Shown here: piece by piece, positions 20,177-29,764 of the stretch | How the letters are laid out: each line of letters starts with the position of its first letter | How positions within the stretch are numbered: the first letter of the stretch is position 1 | NCBI GenBank assembly: GCA_038245295.1 | Contig: JBBRSP010000009.1 | Coordinates: 168,241-232,240, forward strand | DNA length: 64,000 bases | Source: Candidatus Binatia bacterium | GTDB taxonomy: Bacteria > Desulfobacterota > Binatia > HRBIN30 | Reading direction: 5' to 3' | The notes under the pieces: model-generated | The model's database searches: none | Told to the model about the DNA's origin: nothing | What the model saw: the letters and a program-made list of their open reading frames with translations, nothing else | Program-made: the position numbers and the translations under genes

Positions 20177-21208
20177 GTGTCGCGCGTGATCGCCTATCGC
20201 CCCTATGTGGGAGCCGACCACGATGCAGTGCTGGCGCTGCTGACCGAAGGTATGCCGGCGGCCCATGCGGCTGCGAAGCGCGCCATGTTCCATTGGCAGT
20301 TCTTCGAAAATCCTCACGCCGACGGGCATAGCCCCTTCCTCGTGGCGGTTGCCGACGACGCCATTGTCGGGATCAACGCGATGATGCCGGTCCGCATCGT
20401 CTACCACGGGCGTCGGCGTATGGCCGGATGGTCGTGCGATAGCCGGGTCGACGATCGCTTCCGCGGCCGCGGCATCGTGCCGGAGCTGGTGCGTCGGTTG
20501 CAAAGCGACATCGGCATTCTGATGGGCTACGGCATTACCGACTCCATGATGCGGGCGCTCGACAAGGTTCCATGGGAAACCAGCCCCGATCTCACCGGGT
20601 TTTTCTTCTACGCCAACGAGCGCGGCGCGAAAGGTTTGATGAAGAACCTTCACAGTCGTATCTCGCGCCGCATGCGCCAAGCGGCGCGACGCGACGACAT
20701 ACGGATAAGCGTCAACCAGGACGTCGACTTCGGCAACGATGTTGATGATCTTTGGACGCGTAGCGCGCCGACCTACGTCAGCGCCGTCGAGCGCGACGCC
20801 GCCTACCTGAACTGGAAGTACCGGCGACATCCATTGCTGTCCTATTGTTGGTACGCCGCCCTCCGCGACGGGCAGCTCAGCGGAGTGCTCGTGGCACGCC
20901 CGGACGCCTCGACGTCGGTGATTGCCGACTATTGCGGGCCGCGCGGCGACGCCGTGCTTCTGAACCAGCTGCTGCACACCGCCGTCGACGATTTATCCGC
21001 CCGCGGCACGGCACGGATCCGCTGCGAAACGACCGACCCGGACGTAGCCTCGGCGCTGCAACAGAACGGCTTCCGACAATCTGTCGGCGTCTATCGCTTT
21101 CGCTGCGGCTGCAGTGACGGCTCAAGCCCGCACCCCTTGCGCGGCTTCTTCCTGATGACCGGCGACAGCGACAACGACCTGACCGCCGTGCTGCGTGCCG
21201 CGGACTAG
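20177..21208 (+). CDS. GNAT-family N-acetyltransferase
   Basis: FHWQFFENP, WSCDSRVDDRFRGRGI (acetyl-CoA motif), RDAAYLNWKY; start codon uncertain (GTG 20177 or 20186). Confidence 0.8.
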   Translation: MSRVIAYRPYVGADHDAVLALLTEGMPAAHAAAKRAMFHWQFFENPHADGHSPFLVAVADDAIVGINAMMPVRIVYHGRRRMAGWSCDSRVDDRFRGRGIVPELVRRLQSDIGILMGYGITDSMMRALDKVPWETSPDLTGFFFYANERGAKGLMKNLHSRISRRMRQAARRDDIRISVNQDVDFGNDVDDLWTRSAPTYVSAVERDAAYLNWKYRRHPLLSYCWYAALRDGQLSGVLVARPDASTSVIADYCGPRGDAVLLNQLLHTAVDDLSARGTARIRCETTDPDVASALQQNGFRQSVGVYRFRCGCSDGSSPHPLRGFFLMTGDSDNDLTAVLRAAD

Positions 21209-22563
21209 TCCGCCGAAGGCGAATCCTCGTAACCGCGCAGGTAGAGCGCAACCGGCGGGCCGTATCCGCAGCGTGCGATCACTTTCTCCATCGCCGCATT
21301 GGTCTTGTAGGTGTCGAGGTAGGTGACGGGGTGCCCACGCTGAAGCAGGGCGTTGATCGCCGACGACAGGGCCAACGTCGCCAGGCCGCGGCCGCGGTAT
21401 TCAGGATGCGTCCACGCCGGCCCGATGACCGCGTCTTCCGGCTCGACACGGTAGTACGCACACCGACCGTAGGTGATCCAGCCGTCACCGACGATGCGCT
21501 CGTCGGCGATCACGCAGTAGTAGGCACGCCGCGGTGTGAGCAATTTGGCGGCGACCTTGATCAGCTGCGGCCATGAAAAGTGACGCCGCGCCGCGTCTCC
21601 GATGGCAAGCAGCGCACCCACCGTCGGGACATCATGATAGACCGCCCCGGGCACGCGCCGAAGCGCCAGCGGCACGACGCGGCGCTGCCGGTATACCTTC
21701 TGAAACGTCAGGTTGGCGGGAATCTCGAGCGTGACCTGCAACGGCTCCGAATCGTTTGAGGGCAACGCGGCTGAACCACGATCTTCCATCATTTCACCCA
21801 AAACCCAGTCAACTCGGTATGGTACGAATGCCATCTTCTTCTTGAACCGCCGCATCGTCGGCGACGCGCCGAAGAAGTTACCGTAACGGTAGTACCTGAC
21901 TTGCGGATGATTGCGGTACATCGACTCTGCGATATCAATGATGAGCATCGGCACGATGCCGTCTGATTGGTGCGCCGCGTGGCCGAGAATGTGGCTGATG
22001 CTGCAAATCTCGCCGGCGACCAGGCAGCCGGCATACGCAACCAGCTTGTCGTCACGCAGAATTCCGAACCACGGATAGTCGTGTGTCGGGTTCCGCGTCG
22101 GCGGATCGGTGCACAACCCTATCCCGTTGCGCAATAATTCCTCGGGAAGCTTGCCTTGGCGAACATCGGCCGATCGGCAGATCTCGCGAATGCTGTCCTG
22201 GTGCGCGTTGATATCGATGCGCTCGCAGCGATACCCAAGGCGGATCGCCTTCCTGTAGTTGCGCCGCGCCGACGCTTCGATCAGCTCGAAATACTCGCCG
22301 AAGGTCAGCGGCAGCGGGCATACGCTGACCCCATGGCGCTCGCGCCGCACGAGCGGTAGCCGCGGGTGGAAGCGCCGTGATTCCTCGTAGAATTCACGTA
22401 CGACGCCAGCGAAAAACGGATCGTTGTCGGCCGTCGCGGCATAGTTGAGGTTGATGCGAACATGCGGCAGTCCGAGTAGGAGCCAGAGGTCCTGCAGAAC
22501 AGGATGTTCGCTGAGCCGACGGCTCTGCCGTTGATCAATCGGGTCGGGTGGTGGTGGGTGCAT
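21205..22563 (-). CDS. Two-domain GNAT protein (FemAB/BioF2-like domain plus classical GNAT)
   Basis: N-domain SARRNYRKAIRLGY...ILGHAAHQSDGI...MRRFKKKMAF; C-domain IGPAWTHPEYRGRGLA...NAAMEKVIARCGY. Start uncertain (22563-22704). Confidence 0.75.
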   Translation of the reverse strand: MHPPPPDPIDQRQSRRLSEHPVLQDLWLLLGLPHVRINLNYAATADNDPFFAGVVREFYEESRRFHPRLPLVRRERHGVSVCPLPLTFGEYFELIEASARRNYRKAIRLGYRCERIDINAHQDSIREICRSADVRQGKLPEELLRNGIGLCTDPPTRNPTHDYPWFGILRDDKLVAYAGCLVAGEICSISHILGHAAHQSDGIVPMLIIDIAESMYRNHPQVRYYRYGNFFGASPTMRRFKKKMAFVPYRVDWVLGEMMEDRGSAALPSNDSEPLQVTLEIPANLTFQKVYRQRRVVPLALRRVPGAVYHDVPTVGALLAIGDAARRHFSWPQLIKVAAKLLTPRRAYYCVIADERIVGDGWITYGRCAYYRVEPEDAVIGPAWTHPEYRGRGLATLALSSAINALLQRGHPVTYLDTYKTNAAMEKVIARCGYGPPVALYLRGYEDSPSAD

Positions 22564-22818
22564 AACAGCGAGAGCCCATCTGGGCTGCTGCATGCCATAA
22601 ATGAATGCGACCTCACAGGAGTCAAGCGGTCGATCGCTGTGATGCTTGCCTCGCCGCGCGAAGTATGACCGAATCCGCCCGCCATCGCCCCGCCGATGAG
22701 CCACGGAGCATTGTGCTTATGGACGCAACGCCACGGTATGCCTGAGCGAGATCGCGTCATCTCGACGCCACCGAAGATATCCGTGGCAACGTCGGAATCG
22801 AGTCGGTTGTTGACGGTC

Positions 22819-24294
22819 ATGAGGCCCGTTGCCGACACGATTCTGCTGACGACACTCGTCTTCTTCGCCCTGCAGGTCGTCTTTGCGTTCCAATTGCACC
22901 GTCCGGCAATCTTCACGATCACCTTTGCGGGAGTCGCCGTTGGCGCGGCGGCGATGCGCTTTCTTGGACCACCCGTGGGACGTATCAATGCGGCCTTGCT
23001 CCTTACCCCGCTGCTGATCGGCATCAGCCTCTTTGAGATCTATTTCGCGGTCATGCACCCACGCGACGGCACGGCAGCCTGGCTGGCGGGACGACCCTTC
23101 GACAGCCGAACTCTCATGGAGTGTCTTAAGGAGGAGCGCCGCCAGGACCCGTCGGTAGTTTCCTACCTCATCCCGCGAGCTCTGCTGACGCACCATCTCT
23201 TGCTCGAACCGTGGGAGCCGGAAGCCCTGGCCCACACGGTGCGCCCCGACTGGGGGGTTACGGTCGATGGCGTTCGCACTCTGCCACTAAGCGGCGTCGC
23301 GAACCGACGTACGGTATTCAGCAACGAAAGTGGCCAGCGGATCTACTACGAAAGCGACGAACACGGGTTCAACAACCCACATAGTATCTGGGGCGCCGGT
23401 GACTTGCAGATCGCCATCCTTGGGGATTCATACTCGCACGGCGCCGGTGTGGCGCCGCAAGACATCACCGCCGCGCACATCCGCGAACGCTTCCCAAGGA
23501 CTCTAACACTCGGCATGGCGGCGAACGGGCCGCTGATGGAGTACGCCAGCCTCAAAGAATACGTCGTGGATTTGAAGCCACACATCGTTCTCTGGGCGTA
23601 CTATATGAACGACCTCTCCGATTTGGATGTCGAGAAGCAATCGCCGCTGCTGCGGCGGTATGTCGACGACGATGATTTCCGTCAGGGCCTGGCCGCGAAG
23701 CAGCCGAAGGTTGATGAAGTCCTGACGGCCTACCTGGAAGATGTCGAACGCCAAGCCCCGCAGCATTGGTCGCCAAGGCTGGACGCCGTTGGTCTGACAC
23801 GACGCTCGACGCCGCTATGGCTCCAGGATCTCATCACGACGGAAGCGCACTCGTCTGTCGCCGGAGCCCTGCGGCTCGACGGCTCGATCTGGACGGTGAC
23901 GAAGCGCTTCCTCGAAGTAAACTACTTCGAGCAGCCACCGGACTACGAGCTATTCGAACGCATTTTGGGGAAGGCCAGGGATACCGTCGCATCGTGGGGC
24001 GGACGACTGTACTTCGTCTATCTCCCCGCGGTGTCCTATCTCGGTCGCCGCGGCAATCCAGTGGTCTTGGATCGCGCCGAAGTGCTGGCTGTGGTGCAAC
24101 GTCTCGGCATTCCGTTGATCGACGTCCACAAGGTTTTTGCGGAACGACCTGACTCGTACCGTCTGCGTTTCAACGATGAGTCGCACGCCACCGAAGAAGG
24201 GTATGCCCTACATGCAAAGGTCATCCTCGATGGTCTCGCCGCGGCGGTAGAACCAGCGACACTGACGGGCATACCCGACCAACGATCGAACTAA
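22819..24294 (+). CDS. Membrane protein with SGNH-hydrolase-like domain
   Basis: Three N-terminal TM segments; SDEHGFNN, ILGDSYSHG, NDLSD, DESHATEEGY. Confidence 0.82.
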   Translation: MRPVADTILLTTLVFFALQVVFAFQLHRPAIFTITFAGVAVGAAAMRFLGPPVGRINAALLLTPLLIGISLFEIYFAVMHPRDGTAAWLAGRPFDSRTLMECLKEERRQDPSVVSYLIPRALLTHHLLLEPWEPEALAHTVRPDWGVTVDGVRTLPLSGVANRRTVFSNESGQRIYYESDEHGFNNPHSIWGAGDLQIAILGDSYSHGAGVAPQDITAAHIRERFPRTLTLGMAANGPLMEYASLKEYVVDLKPHIVLWAYYMNDLSDLDVEKQSPLLRRYVDDDDFRQGLAAKQPKVDEVLTAYLEDVERQAPQHWSPRLDAVGLTRRSTPLWLQDLITTEAHSSVAGALRLDGSIWTVTKRFLEVNYFEQPPDYELFERILGKARDTVASWGGRLYFVYLPAVSYLGRRGNPVVLDRAEVLAVVQRLGIPLIDVHKVFAERPDSYRLRFNDESHATEEGYALHAKVILDGLAAAVEPATLTGIPDQRSN

Positions 24295-24386
24295 TGGCGC
24301 ACATGCGGAGCTTCCCCGTCCGGTTCGTCGTCGTGCTCAGGAGTATCCGGTATCTGATTGATCGTTTGAAACGGCGCAAACACCTC

Positions 24387-24467
24387 CGTCATACCGGCGA
24401 AAGCCGGTATCTCGCCAGCTTCCGAGGCTTCCAGCAGGGGGAGATCCCGGTTTTCACCGGGATGACG
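24387..24467. repeat. CGTC-type REP doublet (VIPAKAGI/IPAFAGMT-type palindromic element)
   Basis: CGTCATACCGGCGAAAGCCGGTATCTC ... GAGATCCCGGTTTTCACCGGGATGACG, inverted, between convergent genes. Confidence 0.85.
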
Positions 24468-24582
24468 TTGCTCCACTTTGGTTTTGCGACAGTCTCGTTC
24501 GCCGGAATGAAGAACCCTCGCCGCCTCGGTCTTCAAATGCACCCACTACCGAGGATCCTGTTCACCCTGACAATGTCGGAGG

Positions 24583-26007
24583 TCATCCTGCATCTGACGA
24601 CGAGGCTTCGAGGATCGCTTTGCCCACCATATGACTTGGCTTCGCAACACCGAGCATGGCGAGCAGCGTCGGCGCAACATCGATCAATGACACTTTGATC
24701 GGCTCCACGTTGTGGCGCCGGTCCGGTGTGCGAATCCACAGCATTCCGTCAGGGTGGTGCATGCCGCTCTTCAGGCCGTCGACTCGGTAGAACAGGTCGA
24801 AGAACGGAATCGGACGATCGACGCCGGCGAGGCGAAGCGAAGTGTCCGCGGGAAGCTCACCCGACAGGTAGCAGGCAGCACGGATCTGCGTCCCGGTGCG
24901 CTCAACGATCAGGACCGGCTTGTCGTCGGCCGTGCGCACCAGCCGGAGCTGCGCCTCGGCGCGCCGCGCCTCTGCCTCACTGTCGAAGTCGATGCAGAAC
25001 TCGTGCGCCATGATCGGTGCGATGCGATACGGTCCCGCAACACCGCTCGTGCTCAGCAACACCTCGAAGTGGCGCGGGCGGTACCATCTCTTCCCGCCGG
25101 CCTGTTCATAGGTCACACACGGTTGCTGACTGAGAGCCGTGCAAAACACCAGCGTCGTGTCATCGCCGACGAATTCGAGGAAGCGGCCCAGCAACTTGTC
25201 CATCTGTTGGTACCCGTAGAGAATTGCTTTCTCGTAGATCACTTGTTCGTCCCGGCTCGGCTTCACATGGAAGGCATCGGGTTGCATGTTACGCCAGTAC
25301 AGATGCTGGAAGTGTGCTGTACTATTCGAAAAGAACGTCGAGAAGTCGGGACGCTCGCGACGGTAGACCCAACGGAACAGATCGAACTGTAGCCTGTCGA
25401 GCAGCACGGCACGCTTCCAGCGTGCTCCCGGTTGTGTCCTTTCGATCAGTAACTGCGTGACAAGCGCCTTGAGCGTTTCAGCCGACAGCCCATGGTGGGC
25501 CATGAAGCGGACGAACTCGAGCTTTTGCCGGGCGCGTAGCGGCACATGATCGAGAGAGCGGCCGATCACATAGGCCGAAACAAATCGAGTGTACGGTGCC
25601 AGCTCATCGGCTGGTTGCGGCGCCACCTTGGTCATCCATGGATCCGGCAAGACCCAACCGCGGATCGGCGATTGATACTGCAGATTCATCGAGCCACAAA
25701 GCCAGACTTTGCCGCCGTGGTCAGACACCACATCCCACACGGCCTTGTCGGACAAGGCGTGAGCGTCGCCAAGAATCCGCACGTCGTGGGCGCCGTGAGA
25801 CAGTCCCGTGTGAACGGTGATCCATTGAATCCACGGCTCCAGATCGGGCGCCACCGCTTCGGCGTCGGTCGTGAACACCTGCGCCTGGTGATAGAACCGC
25901 GAAAAGCTCGGCAACTTCCCCTCTGCCATGAAGCGCTGCATAGGCTCCGGGCTGAGCTCGTTGAACTCGAGAAGAACAACACGTCTTGACGGCATAGATG
26001 ACGTCAT
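24583..26007 (-). CDS. Alkaline-phosphatase/sulfatase-superfamily protein
   Basis: LLEFNEL, EPWIQWITVHTG, NSTAHFQHLYW, KSGMHHPDGML, LIDVAPTLL. Confidence 0.7.
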   Translation of the reverse strand: MTSSMPSRRVVLLEFNELSPEPMQRFMAEGKLPSFSRFYHQAQVFTTDAEAVAPDLEPWIQWITVHTGLSHGAHDVRILGDAHALSDKAVWDVVSDHGGKVWLCGSMNLQYQSPIRGWVLPDPWMTKVAPQPADELAPYTRFVSAYVIGRSLDHVPLRARQKLEFVRFMAHHGLSAETLKALVTQLLIERTQPGARWKRAVLLDRLQFDLFRWVYRRERPDFSTFFSNSTAHFQHLYWRNMQPDAFHVKPSRDEQVIYEKAILYGYQQMDKLLGRFLEFVGDDTTLVFCTALSQQPCVTYEQAGGKRWYRPRHFEVLLSTSGVAGPYRIAPIMAHEFCIDFDSEAEARRAEAQLRLVRTADDKPVLIVERTGTQIRAACYLSGELPADTSLRLAGVDRPIPFFDLFYRVDGLKSGMHHPDGMLWIRTPDRRHNVEPIKVSLIDVAPTLLAMLGVAKPSHMVGKAILEASSSDAG

Positions 26008-27239
26008 CGCTCCTGTGCCAAACGCTGCGCGCTTTTCGAATCGGCGACGACGCGAGTAAGGATAGCCGCGAAATCGGCGGCAACGCGACGCCAGCTGTAG
26101 TTGGTTTCGACCAACGAAAGCGCCGCTCTTCCCAGCGCCGCGCGCCGCGCCGGCTCACCAAGCAACGCCGCCACCGCGGTGGCGAACTCCTGCGGCTCGT
26201 CCGCCAATACAATGTTCTCACCGTGCTGCACCGGCAGGCCTTCGGCGCCGATCGTCGTCGAGACGACGGCCTTGCCCATTGCCATAGCCTCGTAGATCTT
26301 GAGCCGCGTGCCGCTACCGACGCGCAGCGGAACCATACACACGGCGCTGCGCGCCAGATAGGGACGAATGTCCTCGACCCATCCGGTGAGTTGCACACAC
26401 TTCTCGCGGGCCGCCAGCTCGCGCACGCGCGCCGACGGATCGCGCCCAACGATGCATACGGAAATGTCGGGAACCTGATGCTTGAGTAACGGCAAGATTT
26501 GTTCACCGAAGTAGAGAATGCCGTCGTCGTTCGGCATCCAGTCCATCGAACCCGTGAAGACGATGGAGTTGGGTTGCTCCGGCTCCGTGCTTGGGCGAAA
26601 GAATTCGATATCAACGCCGGTTTGAACGACGCTGACCTTGGTCGGATCTACCCACTCCACGAAGACGTCGCGATCGATATCCGACACGGCGAGCACGTGA
26701 TCGGCGAGATCCAGGTAGCGGCGCTCGGTGGCGTGCGTCGTGCGCCACTCACGTCGACACAGGGCGCGCCAAATGGGGTTGGTGGCGACGTCATAGTGTC
26801 GTTTCCAGATCTGCGCTTCCACATTGTGTGTGAACAGAACCTTGGGCGTCGCAACCTCCCACGGGATCACACCGCCGGCCACCATGAAGTCGCAAACGAT
26901 GACATCGAAGCTTTCCTCGCGCAGGACCTGTCGCACCCGTGCCGACACCTCCGGACGACAGTACTTGCGAATCGCATACGGCTCGGACGCAAACAGGTGG
27001 CGCGCCAACTGCATCATCTCGGCAAAGCCCCGTTGCGCCGGGAGCTTCAAGGGCACCGATTCAACGCGATCGAAGATTGTTCGGAGCCCGGGGTGTTCAT
27101 CGCCGGCGTGCTCGGCGTGGAAGGAAACAAACGTCACCGAGTGCTGACGCGCCAGCTCTTTCAGAATGTTGTAGCTGCGGATCTTGCCACCGGTGTCGGG
27201 GGGGACCAGGCCACCAGCTTTTACCCACAGGATGCGCAC
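26004..27239 (-). CDS. Glycosyltransferase family 4 (type common in PEP-CTERM-associated loci)
   Basis: PPDTGGKIRSYN, HNVE, FTGSMDWMPNDDG, VPLRVGSGTRLKIYEAMAMG. Confidence 0.92.
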   Translation of the reverse strand: MRILWVKAGGLVPPDTGGKIRSYNILKELARQHSVTFVSFHAEHAGDEHPGLRTIFDRVESVPLKLPAQRGFAEMMQLARHLFASEPYAIRKYCRPEVSARVRQVLREESFDVIVCDFMVAGGVIPWEVATPKVLFTHNVEAQIWKRHYDVATNPIWRALCRREWRTTHATERRYLDLADHVLAVSDIDRDVFVEWVDPTKVSVVQTGVDIEFFRPSTEPEQPNSIVFTGSMDWMPNDDGILYFGEQILPLLKHQVPDISVCIVGRDPSARVRELAAREKCVQLTGWVEDIRPYLARSAVCMVPLRVGSGTRLKIYEAMAMGKAVVSTTIGAEGLPVQHGENIVLADEPQEFATAVAALLGEPARRAALGRAALSLVETNYSWRRVAADFAAILTRVVADSKSAQRLAQER

Positions 27240-27251
27240 CGTCGGATCCGC

Positions 27252-28577
27252 CTACCAGCAGAGCCCGTCGTAGTGTGGATGCGCGCCGAGGCGGCGTGAA
27301 CGTTCGACGTTGACGAGGTCGATGACCACCTGCTGCGGGCGCAGCAGTGTTTCCATCACCTGACGATCGACACCGCGTGTACCGATGACGATCGTCTCGG
27401 CGGATTGAACAACGTCTTCCAAACGCGGGCGTAGCAAGGATGCGAGGTGGGGAATGACCTCTTCGATGTATTGCCGGTTTGAGCCGATGAGTTGTCCGAG
27501 AGCGACGTTCTCATCCCAGATCTGCAGCTGGCAGCCCTCGCCCAGGAGGCGCTTGACGAGATGCACGGCCGGGCTTTCGCGCAGATCGTCGGTCGCTGCC
27601 TTGAAGGCCAGACCGAGCATGCCGACCTTCCGATTACCCGTGCGCAACACGAGCTCGACGGCGCGCTCGAGATGCTCCTGATTGCTCGGCATGATCGCCT
27701 CGAGCAACGGTAATCGCAGGTCGAGCTCATTAGCGCGGTAGGTGAGCGCGCGCAGATCTTTGGGCAAACACGAGCCACCAAAGGCAAAGCCGGGGCGCAG
27801 ATAGGCGGGGGAGACGTTGAGGACACGATCGGCGAGAAAGACTTCCATCATCGGCTCGACATCGACGCCGAACTGTTTCGCCAACGTGCCGACCTCGTTG
27901 GCGAAGCCGACCTTGAGCGCGTGCCAGGAATTACAAACATATTTGACCATCTCGGCGGTAGCGATGTCGGTCTCGAAGAGACGTCCGGGGGTCCAGGTGT
28001 AGAGGGCGCACAGCTGGGCACGGTGAGACGGGTCGGTCGCACCGACGACCGTTATGGCCGGCCGCAGGAAGTCGTCGACCGCCGTGCCTTCGCGCATGAA
28101 CTCCGGATTGACACAAACGCCGAACCCCTTCCCCAACGATTTGCCGCTGGCGCGCTCGAGCGCCGGAATGACGACGGACTCGGTCGTGCCGGGCAGGACG
28201 GTGCTGCGCACGACCACCAGGTGGAACGCGTCTTTGACCTTGAGGGCCTCGCCGATCTCCTGGCAGGCGTGTTCGATGTGGCTCAGCTCAAGCTTGCCGT
28301 TGCGTTGCCCCGGCGTGCCGACACAAAGGAAGGAGATGTCGGTTTGCGCCACAGCCGCTTCCGTATCGGGGGTCGCGTGCAAGCGCCCGGCGGCGTGGGC
28401 GTCGGCGATCAGCGCTTCCAGACCGGGCTCTATGATGGTGCTGCGACCGGCTTCCAGCGATGCCACCTTGGCGGGATTGACGTCGACCCCAATCACCGTA
28501 TGTCCGAGGTGCGAAAGACAACCGGCGGTCACCGATCCGACATATCCCAATCCGAAAATGCTGACTGACCGGCTCAT
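27252..28577 (-). CDS. GDP-mannose/UDP-glucose 6-dehydrogenase (AlgD-like)
   Basis: SIFGLGYVG, CVGTP, RSTVLPGT, NPEFMREG, GFAFGGSCLPKD, FKAATDDLRESP. True start is ATG 28577, not 29159. Confidence 0.93.
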   Translation of the reverse strand: MSRSVSIFGLGYVGSVTAGCLSHLGHTVIGVDVNPAKVASLEAGRSTIIEPGLEALIADAHAAGRLHATPDTEAAVAQTDISFLCVGTPGQRNGKLELSHIEHACQEIGEALKVKDAFHLVVVRSTVLPGTTESVVIPALERASGKSLGKGFGVCVNPEFMREGTAVDDFLRPAITVVGATDPSHRAQLCALYTWTPGRLFETDIATAEMVKYVCNSWHALKVGFANEVGTLAKQFGVDVEPMMEVFLADRVLNVSPAYLRPGFAFGGSCLPKDLRALTYRANELDLRLPLLEAIMPSNQEHLERAVELVLRTGNRKVGMLGLAFKAATDDLRESPAVHLVKRLLGEGCQLQIWDENVALGQLIGSNRQYIEEVIPHLASLLRPRLEDVVQSAETIVIGTRGVDRQVMETLLRPQQVVIDLVNVERSRRLGAHPHYDGLCW

Positions 28578-28873
28578 GCTCGCCCTTCTTCCACAACCCG
28601 TGAAGAGACTTTGTACGGGATGCGCAACACGGTCGTCTCGCACAGCTTCCCCGGCCGACGCAACCGGCCAAGGGAAGGTCGCGGAATTTGTGAGCCGAGG
28701 GCGTCGGGGAGACTTCCGGAATTCCCGGTTCTCGTTCTGGCTTCTGGGTTTGCGGTCCTCGATGCGTTCAGACCTCTCGAGGGCGGCCCGTGCAATGAGG
28801 GGCTTATCGGCTTCAACGCATCGAGAATGGAGGACCCTGAACTCAGAAGACGTGACGAGAATTAAGACGTAGG

Positions 28874-29263
28874 TCAGGCAGGGGACACGACTGGGAAGCC
28901 CAGAAGCGCCGCGCCTTCTGCCATGCGCCCGTCGTAGGTCACCAGGGCCGTCAGCTCCGGCGCGATAAGGGCTGCGGCGGCAAGGTGGATCGCATCGAGT
29001 GAGCGCATCTTCATCGGGTCCAACATGGCTGCGGCATCGAGTAGCGTATCGCTGAGTTGGACGAGCTGAAGGGTTTGAAGCAAGGCCCTCGCTCTTTCGA
29101 GAGCTGCCGTGCCGTGTTGCCGGGTGGCGCGAAGAACCTCGGTGCGTGCCAAGGCGCACGAAACACGGTCCGCCGGTTCGCGCTTGAGAAAACTCAGCAG
29201 GGCGTGCGATTCCTTCTCGGCGATGACGAGCTTCAACAGGGCGGACGAATCAAGGTAGAGCAT
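28874..29263 (-). CDS. vapC: VapC PIN-domain toxin
   Basis: MLYLDSSALLKL...E...RSLDAIHLAAA...TYDGRM. Confidence 0.92.
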   Translation of the reverse strand: MLYLDSSALLKLVIAEKESHALLSFLKREPADRVSCALARTEVLRATRQHGTAALERARALLQTLQLVQLSDTLLDAAAMLDPMKMRSLDAIHLAAAALIAPELTALVTYDGRMAEGAALLGFPVVSPA

Positions 29264-29535
29264 CAGCGTTCGTGCGCTCGCATTTTCGCAAGAGTAACCG
29301 ACGGCGGCTCAAGGCCGCGCCGTAGTTTCAGCGGCGGACCCAACTCGAGCAAGTTGCCCTTTCCGCGCTTGAGCTTGCCTGCGGCTTCCAACTGATCGAG
29401 GAGGGAGCCGGCGACCGGAACCAACCGTGCCACCGGGCGTCCTCGGACGGTAACTTCAATGCTCTCGCCGAGACGGACTCGTTCCACCGTGGTGGCGGCG
29501 TTCTGCTGCAGCTGTCTGACCCCGATGCTACCCAT
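29263..29535 (-). CDS. vapB: Phd/YefM-family antitoxin
   Basis: IGVRQLQQNA...GESIEVTVRGRPVARLVP; 1-bp overlap with vapC. Confidence 0.88.
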   Translation of the reverse strand: MGSIGVRQLQQNAATTVERVRLGESIEVTVRGRPVARLVPVAGSLLDQLEAAGKLKRGKGNLLELGPPLKLRRGLEPPSVTLAKMRAHER

Positions 29536-29764
29536 GTGCGGCAAGGTAGCACGAGCCTAGGTTGACCGCCAAGTCGTCTCTTGTCGAGCTGAGACCTCCC
29601 TCGTCGCAGAGCGGCCCAAAAGGGACGGAGCGCCCGTTGCCCGGAACACCCAACCGCCGAGGCTTCTTTGCCCGAGCTGCTGGAAATAGGTGCGGCCATG
29701 CCGTACGACTCCGCTAGACAGAGCCGTGCCGCGCGTGGTGGCGCTGATGGTCAGAGGAGGGTTC

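Noticed and set aside
24291..24698. Short ORFs containing EIPAFAGMT/EIPVFTGMT
   Set aside because: These are translations of the CGTC-type REP element, not credible genes.
28578..29159. 194-aa N-terminal extension of the sugar dehydrogenase
   Set aside because: It overlaps vapC in another frame; the family fold starts at MSRSVSIFGLGYVG (28577).
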